From IMG/VR virus record IMGVR_UViG_3300028920_000002, positions 1 to 64,000 of that record: 64,000 nucleotides of DNA; one strand, given 5' to 3'. A model generated the notes under the pieces. It did no database searches and was not told the DNA's origin. It was given only the letters and a program-made list of their open reading frames with translations. Of the stretch, positions 19,111 through 26,800 are shown in pieces (position 1 is the stretch's first letter; every line of letters starts with the position of its first letter). The translations under genes and the position numbers were made by a program. The DNA comes from a virus.

Positions 19111-19325
19111 TTGCTTCTTGCTCCTGGCTCTACGCCATACTGGCCGAGAGAACTCGGCTGTGAGGTTTCCCGGCTGCCTAAGCACTCGCGCCCGCCGGGA
19201 GGGCGCTTTGGTCGTCGGTGTTCTACACCTGCGGTGCTTGCTCCCGCAGAGTCTTTCCGGTCTAGCGGCGCGGGCGTCAGACTCGAACGCCGGAGAGCCT
19301 CATCTGGTCAATGTGGTTCCTCTCC
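19111..19325 (-). ncRNA. Candidate structured leader RNA/ncRNA (unclassified)
   Basis: About 215 nt without a good ORF downstream of a class B motif; at least five hairpins plus a long-range stem. Confidence 0.35.
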
Positions 19326-19331
19326 ATAATT

Positions 19332-19359
19332 CTTATCCCCGACTGAGCATCAATTTTGC
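19332..19359 (-). promoter_or_regulatory. Class B promoter-like motif
   Basis: Minus strand ctGCAA aattgatgctcagtc GGGGATAAG, just downstream of a terminator. Confidence 0.6.
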
Positions 19360-19363
19360 AGCT

Positions 19364-19391
19364 AGAAGAAAGGCCACGTTGTTGTGGCCTT
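19364..19391 (-). terminator. Intrinsic terminator after VWA gene
   Basis: Minus strand AGGCCAC-aacaac-GTGGCCT followed by ttcttct. Confidence 0.6.
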
Positions 19392-19395
19392 CCCT

Positions 19396-20766
19396 CTACT
19401 CGAACTCGTCAACCACTGATTGTTCTTCAGTGCAGATGACGATGTGCCCCCAGTCGGCCGGCTTGCTACGCCATCGGCTGGGTACGATGCACCAGATAAC
19501 CGGAATGCCTTTGGGTGGCTTGTCCGGCGCGGAGCCGTCACCGTCAGTCAAGTAGATGATGACGTCGGGGCGTGGCTTCAGTTTGGCGGCTCGCGCTAGC
19601 GGTTCGATGAAACTAGTGCCGCCGCGGCCTACTGGGTCGAGCCTGGGAATGTCCTTTAGCCTCACCAGCTTGAAGCCGTACTGCTGCGTGTCTGCATCAG
19701 CCCACCAGACCTGCTCCACACCGGTCTGCTCCATCAATGCGATGGCTTCGTTGTTCGCCTCGTGCAGCTGTTTGGTTCCCATGGAGCCAGAAGTGTCTCG
19801 GATGAGGCAGGGTACCCACTGCTGGTCAATCATGCCGGGTCGTAGAATGCCCCGCAGCAGTGAGCGTTTGGAGGGGCGCCGCAGGGAGAAGTCGCTGCCG
19901 CCTGAGATAGCGATACCGGAGGCGCGCCGAACGATGCGGCTGAGCGTACGCTTCCAGTCGTTCTTGGACTTCTTCTTGGGAACGCTGTCCAGCAGCTGTT
20001 TTAGGTGTCCAGGTACGGAGCCGCGACCCTGCTGCTCGACGTGCTCCCGCACGGCGTGAACTACTTCTTCTCGGGCGGATTGAACCTCGTCTTTGCTCCG
20101 GCCGAGACCACGTGACTTCAGCTCGTCTTCGACGGGGTCGTTGCTTGCACCACCGCCTGCGGAGCCGCTTACGCCGGAGCATATGTCCCAGCGCATTCCA
20201 TCCTTGCCACCCTGGCCCTTCTGCTTGGAGGAGCTCTTGCCACCCTGGCCCTGGTCGTCTCCGTCCCCACTGCCAGGCGGACTTCCCATCAGCCGGTAGA
20301 CCTTCTTGGCGTCTGCCTTCAGCCGCTCGAGATACTGTTCGAGCGTCTCGCCATCTGGATAGCCGTACGAACCCGGGAAAGCACCCCATGAAGGCAACTT
20401 CACTCCGGCCTGTTGAAGCGGACCGTTGATGGCCAGGTCTGCCGCGAGGGTGACCAAGTTCTCATCCTCGCCTTGTTGCAGCAGCACCTCGATGCGCTCC
20501 ATGTGTTCCTGCACATGCCAGCACTCGTGGAAGAGTACGCCGGCCAAGGTCTCTGGGTCACTCAGCTCGGGGTCGTCTACAACTCGTATTGGGTCGACGG
20601 AGAGGATGCAATCTTTGCTGACCCCGAGAGTGTTCAGCCCTACGACGAATACGGGGACCAGCTTGTACTGAATCGCCGACATGTACGGCGCGAGTTTCTC
20701 GAGCTCAAGGCGGGCGAGCTCCAGTAGGTCGCCCGCCTTGTCCTCATAGTCGATAGCTGCGCTCAT
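19396..20766 (-). CDS. HExxH metallopeptidase-like + VWA domain protein (DUF2201-like)
   Basis: GVLFHECWH, DLAIN, RRPSKR, IRDTSGSM (MIDAS), GRGGTSF, IYLTDGDG. Confidence 0.85.
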   Translation of the reverse strand: MSAAIDYEDKAGDLLELARLELEKLAPYMSAIQYKLVPVFVVGLNTLGVSKDCILSVDPIRVVDDPELSDPETLAGVLFHECWHVQEHMERIEVLLQQGEDENLVTLAADLAINGPLQQAGVKLPSWGAFPGSYGYPDGETLEQYLERLKADAKKVYRLMGSPPGSGDGDDQGQGGKSSSKQKGQGGKDGMRWDICSGVSGSAGGGASNDPVEDELKSRGLGRSKDEVQSAREEVVHAVREHVEQQGRGSVPGHLKQLLDSVPKKKSKNDWKRTLSRIVRRASGIAISGGSDFSLRRPSKRSLLRGILRPGMIDQQWVPCLIRDTSGSMGTKQLHEANNEAIALMEQTGVEQVWWADADTQQYGFKLVRLKDIPRLDPVGRGGTSFIEPLARAAKLKPRPDVIIYLTDGDGSAPDKPPKGIPVIWCIVPSRWRSKPADWGHIVICTEEQSVVDEFE

Positions 20767-22031
20767 AGACCCAGTGCGTTCGCGTACTTGGACAGGCCCT
20801 TCTGCCCGAGGCGGTAGACGACCTCTTCGGACACCTTCTTCAACTCAGGGGTTGCGTCTGTGGAGTCGAAGTAGACGTTGTGCTTGACCAGTGCGGCAGA
20901 AGATTTGACGGCCATGTCGCTGATTTTCTTGTCCATGCATCTGCCCAGGATGTCCCAGGCCGCAGGAGCGAGCTTGAGCTGCTCTTTGCGATTGGGTCGT
21001 CCGGTGAGGTACGTCACCATGCTGGTGAGCGCTGCAGCAGTGATGTCCAACCGTTGTGGGTTGGGCGTCCAGCCGTTGGTGAGCATCTCGAGGGGCTTGG
21101 GCAGGTCGCATTCGCGCAACCAGGTCAGCCACTCCTTCATGACACCTTGGCCCACACAGGCTTGCACGAGCTCACGCTCCAGTTCTCCTCGTAGCGCCTT
21201 GCGCGCCTCAGCGGCCTTCATCTGGTTTTCGTCGCTCGGGTCGGTGACGGGCAGGTCTGGGTACAGGCATGCGGCAGTAGCCTTGGCACGGCCGGCCCAG
21301 TTCCAGGTGCGGTGGCTAGGCCATGCACCGCCAGAGTCCGCATCATCCGGTTTGGGCTGCTGGTGAATCAGGGACGGCTTGCGCTTCATGAAGCCAACCA
21401 GTTGACCGCGTACTTCGGGCCATTCGTCGGGCCAGGAGTTAGTAACTCGCTGCTCTCCTTTTAGGACTGCCTCTACACGGAGCTGCGCATTGCCGAGCAG
21501 CCAGTCAATCCACTCGTCTGCGCTGGGCGCTCTGTAGGCCACATGCGCCAGTCGGTTGGCCAGAGGGGGCTCGAGGCCGAATCCGCCAGCGGCGTACTCC
21601 GGCGGGTTCATCGCAGTGACCACTCGCACTTTGGGTGGCAGGATGTGGTCTCCAACCCTGCGTTCATTGACCACGCTGAGCAGAGCAGCCTGGACCGCAG
21701 GGCGAGCGCATGAAATCTCGTCGATGAACAAGACACCGTAGCCGGTGTCTAGGAGCTTCCTCGCTTGAGGCAGAATGCACTCAATGACCACGCCGTTGGG
21801 CGTGGCGAAGGGGGCTCCCGTGAAGTCCTCCGGCTGCTTTGTAGCCGGGTAGACGGTTTGAACATTGAGACCTACTGCTGCACCGGCGGCCTGGATGCGC
21901 TCGGATTTGCCGATGCCGGAGAGCCCTTCGATGTTCACGGGCAATCCCCAGATGCAGGCGGGATTTGTCGGCTCGCCGTGGGGGACGAGAAACGCTGTCG
22001 CTAGGAACTGTTCTAGGCTAGCCATATTCAT
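20763..22031 (-). CDS. MoxR-type AAA+ ATPase
   Basis: EGLSGIGKS, LFIDEISCARPAVQAALL, AMNPP, LEPPLANRL, PSHRTW. Confidence 0.88.
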   Translation of the reverse strand: MNMASLEQFLATAFLVPHGEPTNPACIWGLPVNIEGLSGIGKSERIQAAGAAVGLNVQTVYPATKQPEDFTGAPFATPNGVVIECILPQARKLLDTGYGVLFIDEISCARPAVQAALLSVVNERRVGDHILPPKVRVVTAMNPPEYAAGGFGLEPPLANRLAHVAYRAPSADEWIDWLLGNAQLRVEAVLKGEQRVTNSWPDEWPEVRGQLVGFMKRKPSLIHQQPKPDDADSGGAWPSHRTWNWAGRAKATAACLYPDLPVTDPSDENQMKAAEARKALRGELERELVQACVGQGVMKEWLTWLRECDLPKPLEMLTNGWTPNPQRLDITAAALTSMVTYLTGRPNRKEQLKLAPAAWDILGRCMDKKISDMAVKSSAALVKHNVYFDSTDATPELKKVSEEVVYRLGQKGLSKYANALGL

Positions 22032-22302
22032 TCAGCTGTTCGTTGACTTCTTTACACCACGCGGCAGGCATGACGGTGACCACTTGCTGCTCACCGACAA
22101 TGACCGCGAACCCATCTTCTCCGTAGAAGCAGAACGGGAAGTACCGTCCGCTTGGGGTGTCTACCACACGACCGCTACGCCTGGCGTCATCAATACGCTC
22201 GGTGAGCGTCTGCATGAGCTGGGCGTCGGAGTAGCGGCGGGCGTCAGACCACCTATCTCGGAATTGCGTTAGAGCATGGTGTGTGAACACCAGTGGCTTC
22301 AT
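22018..22302 (-). CDS. Small hypothetical protein
   Basis: ATGA overlap with upstream gene; VFTHHALTQFRDRW. Confidence 0.6.
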   Translation of the reverse strand: MKPLVFTHHALTQFRDRWSDARRYSDAQLMQTLTERIDDARRSGRVVDTPSGRYFPFCFYGEDGFAVIVGEQQVVTVMPAAWCKEVNEQLNEYG

Positions 22303-22904
22303 CCGCCTCGTCGATATCTGCACCCGCCTTCGCATTCTCCTGTTCTCCAGCAGCGTCTCGAAGTCCCCTCCTCACATTCGCCGTGGTACGACAAGTTGCT
22401 CCAGAGCTCTAGTATGGACGAGGTGTACTCCCTCATGCATGAGATGCAGTAGAAGTCTGGAGCCTGCGTCCCTTGAAAGCAAATCGTCGATTCACCGTTC
22501 GGCGTCTGCTTTGGACGTTGGAGCCTGCCTAGTGTGGACATGCCACAAGGCTCCCAAGGTGGGATGTCACTGCTACAAATTGAGCACCTGCAGATGGAGT
22601 AGTCGCACAGCTCGGGGGCGAAGTTCCCGTAGGTCTCTTCCATGTGTTCGCGAAGCTTATCTATCGTCTCGTCCCAGCAGACCTCATCCAAGAACGACGG
22701 CTCGTAGCCATAGTCGCCCTCAGAGTTCAGCACTGGTCGGAATGTGAGTATGTTGCTCTCGTCGATGTGACCGTAGACGACCTGCACGAGCACTACATCG
22801 CTAGTCAAGTGCAGCGCCTCTCCGCATGAGTCACACTCGTGGCCTGACTGGAAGATGATGTTCTCCAGCTCAGCTTCATCCGGCGTTAGGGCAGCCGGGT
22901 CCAC
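22299..22904 (-). CDS. Cys-rich acidic hypothetical protein
   Basis: GGAGG before GTG 22904; CDSC, CRCSIC, CISC, C..RRCWRTGEC. Confidence 0.6.
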   Translation of the reverse strand: MDPAALTPDEAELENIIFQSGHECDSCGEALHLTSDVVLVQVVYGHIDESNILTFRPVLNSEGDYGYEPSFLDEVCWDETIDKLREHMEETYGNFAPELCDYSICRCSICSSDIPPWEPCGMSTLGRLQRPKQTPNGESTICFQGTQAPDFYCISCMREYTSSILELWSNLSYHGECEEGTSRRCWRTGECEGGCRYRRGG

Positions 22905-23422
22905 ATCAGTTTCCTCCGTTCTACTCGAGACCATCGCCTCGAGAGGGTGAGCAGCCGTGGGTCTGGGTACATCCCGGTTTCGGGGTCCATATCCCACAAC
23001 AACATCTGCATCTCCTCGACGTCGGATGTAGCGTCTAGGTGAATGCGTCGGTCCAGCTGCAGATTGCTGGGTAAGAAGTGATGCTGGCACTGCGCCCTGA
23101 GGTCGAGCTCCCGCTCGTACAGGTCGTCGTCCAGGTCGATGGAGTCAACACAGAGTCCGTAGAACTCCGGGTCGTTTATACCCGGATACTCCTGGTTCGC
23201 CCAGAAGCACCACTCACCTGGTCTAGCCAGTTCCACCAGCAGCTCGAAGTCTCGTTGGTTGCAGAACGTGACGAAGCCCTTCTGGTCCACCAGTTTGACC
23301 CGCACCCCTCCCAGCGCTCTTCCGGGTATAGGGGCGTAGAGTTTGGTGACTGTCCACCTTCTTCCGAAGATTTTGGGGTCGTCGACACTCAGGCCGACAA
23401 CCCCAAAACCCTCGCTCAGCAT
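22886..23422 (-). CDS. Hypothetical protein
   Basis: ORF from the track, start adjusted to ATG 23422. Confidence 0.6.
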   Translation of the reverse strand: MLSEGFGVVGLSVDDPKIFGRRWTVTKLYAPIPGRALGGVRVKLVDQKGFVTFCNQRDFELLVELARPGEWCFWANQEYPGINDPEFYGLCVDSIDLDDDLYERELDLRAQCQHHFLPSNLQLDRRIHLDATSDVEEMQMLLWDMDPETGMYPDPRLLTLSRRWSRVERRKLMWTRLP

Positions 23423-23441
23423 TCGGGTTCCTGGATAGACG

Positions 23442-23540
23442 TTAAGGCCGCAGTATGGGTCCAAGAGCACCGTTCAGTGTCTCCACTAGATAGAGGAGGA
23501 CCCCGTTCAACAGCCCGGCCACGAACATCGACCAGAACAT
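23442..23540 (-). CDS. Putative 32-aa membrane peptide
   Basis: MFWSMFVAGLLNGVLLYLVETLNGALGPILRP; ATG directly follows the upstream TAG. Confidence 0.4.
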   Translation of the reverse strand: MFWSMFVAGLLNGVLLYLVETLNGALGPILRP

Positions 23541-23699
23541 CTAGCTCTCCGAGTCGTCCTCGCCTTCGTCCTCGGCCCGGTCGTCCTCCTCGTCCTGGTC
23601 GCCTTGGTCATCCTCACAGCCCCCGTACAGCTCGTTGATGTCCTGCTCGAGTCCCGCCCCGACGTTCCTGTCTTCTTCTTCTCTGGGTCCGCCATACAT
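23541..23699 (-). CDS. 52-aa highly acidic protein
   Basis: AAAGGAG RBS; MYGGPREEEDRNVGAGLEQDINELYGGCEDDQGDQDEEDDRAEDEGEDDSES; not in ORF track. Confidence 0.7.
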   Translation of the reverse strand: MYGGPREEEDRNVGAGLEQDINELYGGCEDDQGDQDEEDDRAEDEGEDDSES

Positions 23700-23746
23700 A
23701 GCTGTCTCCTTTGCGGTGGAGGGAGTCAGTCTCCCTCTCCACTACT

Positions 23747-23800
23747 GTTATTCCGCATGCTGCGAATGCCTTGCGGGGTATTCAGGCAGTGGAGTACGCT
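23747..23800. promoter_or_regulatory. Back-to-back promoter pair sharing hexamer 23771-23776
   Basis: Plus: TTGCGG-N18-TACGCT toward RNAP gene; minus: CCGCAA-N16-GGAATAAC toward acidic-peptide operon. Confidence 0.55.
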
Positions 23801-23815
23801 ACAATCGACTGACGA

Positions 23816-26800
23816 ATGGCGCGCCTAGACCCTAGTGAATCGTTCGCCGACTTCCGAGACCGCACGCTCGAGGGCATCCGTTCTCATTTCCCTGTCAAGG
23901 GAAGAACGCAGACGCTGGAGCTGGATGACCTGGAAGTCGATAGCGCAGGTATGGAGTCCGACGACATCCGTGGGCAGCATAGGGCTAAGGTAGAAGGCGC
24001 TAGTTGGAGTGCGCCGGTCTACGCCACTATGTCGCTGCGCGACAACGAGACGGGCAAGGCCAAGAAGCAGCGCATCAAGTTGGCTGAACTGCCGATGATG
24101 ACCAGGCGCTACAGCTACATCGTCAATGGCCAGGAGTATCAGGTCGACAACCAGTGGCAGCTCAAGCCGGGCGTTTACACACGCCGGCGCCAGAATGGTG
24201 AGCTCGAGTCTCGTTTCAACATCGTCAACAAGCCTCACTTCGACTTGAAGTTCGAGCCGGACAAGAAGCGCTTCTTGATGGAGCGTGGGAAGTCCAGCGC
24301 CATTCCTCTCTACCCGCTGATGAAGTCTCTCGGTATCAGCGACGACGACCTGGAGAAGACGTGGGGCAAAGAGATTCTCGAGCAGAACAAGGCAGCACGC
24401 GGCGTATCAGGCGCCCTAGAGAAATTCTACAAGGCGGACCGAAAGAAGTCGGCGCCGTCCAAGGAGGAAGCAGAGCGCTACTTCTACGAGACGATGATGC
24501 AGTCAGAGCTCCGTCCAGAAGCGACCAAGCGAACGCTGGGTAAGGAGTACAGCACTGTAGAGGGCGATGCCGTCCTGCGCGCCACGAAGCGGATGTTGGA
24601 GGTACAGAGTGGTGCCCCAGAGGACGACCGAGACTCTCTCGTCTTCAAGGACCTGCGCGGAGCAGGCGACTACGCGTTCGACCGACTGACAGACTACAAG
24701 ACGCGCCGTAGTCTGCAGGGCAAGATGGGGCGCCAAATCAACAACGCCAGAAGCATCCGCGACGTGATTCGTCCTGGAACCTTCGACGACCAGATTCGTA
24801 GGACCTTCACCGAGAACAAGGGCGCGACCCGCGTGCCGGAGCAAATCAATCCGGTAGAGATGATTGCTGGGTCACAGCAGACGACCGTTATGGGTCCCGG
24901 TGGCATTCAAAGCGAGAACGCCATCATGGATGAGACGAAGTTCATCAACCCGACGCACTTCGGGTTCTTGGACCCCATCCATACCCCGGAGGGCAACAAG
25001 ACTGGTGTGACGCTGCATCTGCCCATGGGAGTGAGCAAGAAGGGGAAGTCTCCGGTCATCCCGGTCTACAACCTGAAAACCGGCAAGGGTGAGCGCATCA
25101 CTCCTGAGCAGTTCATGGACTCTACAGTGGCGCTGCCCGACCAGATGAAGTGGAAGGACAACAAGCCCACTCCTGTTGGCAAGAAGGTCAAGGTATCCAC
25201 ACCCGGCAACGAGCTCGATGAGGTGGACCCGAAGGACGCGAAGTACGCGATGTACCATCCATCGCAGGCGTTCAGTATCACGAGCAACCTGGTTCCCTTC
25301 ATGGGGAACACCTCTGGCAACCGTGCCAGCTATGCCACGCACCACATCGAGCAAGCCATCAGCCTCAAGGACCGGGATGTGCCTCTGGTCCAGTCTGGTA
25401 CTGGTGGTCAGCGGGAGGGCCTACGTACCTTCGAGGAGCTGTTGGGTCGGGGCTCGTCGCATCCCTCGCCGATGGATGGCGAAGTAGTCAAGGTGAAGAA
25501 GGATGGCGTCATCGTTAAGGGCAAGGATGGCAAGACCCGAGAGATTCAGCTCTACAACAACTTCCCGCTCAACGATGCCAAGGCCGTCATCGACTCTACT
25601 CCGACGGTGAAGGTCGGCGATAAGGTGAAGCAGGGCCAGCCTGTTGCTGACACCAACTTCACCAAAAACGGCACGCTGGCATTGGGTAAGAACCTGCGTA
25701 CTGCCTATCTGCCATTCAAGGGCTACAACTTCGAGGATGGCGTAGTCATCAGTGAGAGCGCCGCCAAGAAGCTTACTAGTGTCCACATGCACAAGCCGGA
25801 CACCAGGGTCGCCGACAGCGACGTGACCGACCCGAAGAAGTTCCGGGTCTTTCACCCTGAAGCGTTCACGAAGGACCAGTACAAGCTGGTCGGAGATGAC
25901 GGTATCGTGCGTGTTGGCACAAGGGTGCAGAAGGGAGACCCCCTCGTACTCAATACCAAGCCCTATCAACTGCGCGACAGGACTGGTATCGCCGCTGTGC
26001 GCAAGAACGCCTCAGGTGCGCAGACCGACGCCTCATTGAAATGGGACTCGGACTACGCAGGGGAGGTGGTGGGCGTACACCGCGGAAAGAAGGGCCAGAT
26101 TGGCGTCCACGTTCGCACTGAAGAGCCGATGCAGGTCGGCGACAAGCTGACTGGGCGGCACGGCAACAAGGGCATCGTCACCAAGGTCATCCCTGATAAG
26201 GAGATGCCTCATACCAGAGATGGCAAGCCGATTGAGGTAGCGCTCAACCCCGCTGGCGTGCCCGGTCGTATGAATGTGGGTCAGGTGCTCGAGACTGCGG
26301 CGGCCAAGGTAGCTGAGAAGACTGGTAAGCCCTACATCGTTGAAAACTTCGAGCATGGCGTCGACCAACTCAAGCGGGTGAAATCCGACTTGAAGAAGCA
26401 CGGCTTGTCGGACACTGAAGAGCTCATCGACCCGAATACTGGCAAGAGTCTAGGTAACGTCCTCGTCGGTCCGCAGCACATGCTCAAGCTGCAGCATCAG
26501 GTAGACAAGAAGGCGTCGGCCCGCTCCGGTATGAGCCTCAAGGGTGAAGAGGGAGAGGGGTATGACTACAACCTGCAGCCGGTGGGTGGCAGCAAGACCG
26601 GAGCGCAGAGCGTAGGCAACTTGGGTATCTACACACTGCTCGCTCACGGCGCCAAGGCCAACATCCGAGAGATGCAGACCTGGAAGAGCGAGGGCGAGGA
26701 TACCAGCCCGGAGGGGAAGCGTTGGGCGTCTCAGCACAATGAGGTCTGGCGCGCCATCCAGAGTGGAGACCCGCTGCCGCCACCCAAGCCAACGTTCGCC

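Noticed and set aside
19275-19295. tRNA (GTTCGAGTC T-loop-like 9-mer on minus)
   Set aside because: No 5-bp T-stem, acceptor stem or anticodon arm can be built
23507-23695. ORF-track 62-aa MADPEKKK ORF
   Set aside because: The RBS spacing and codon pattern favour ATG 23699 in another frame
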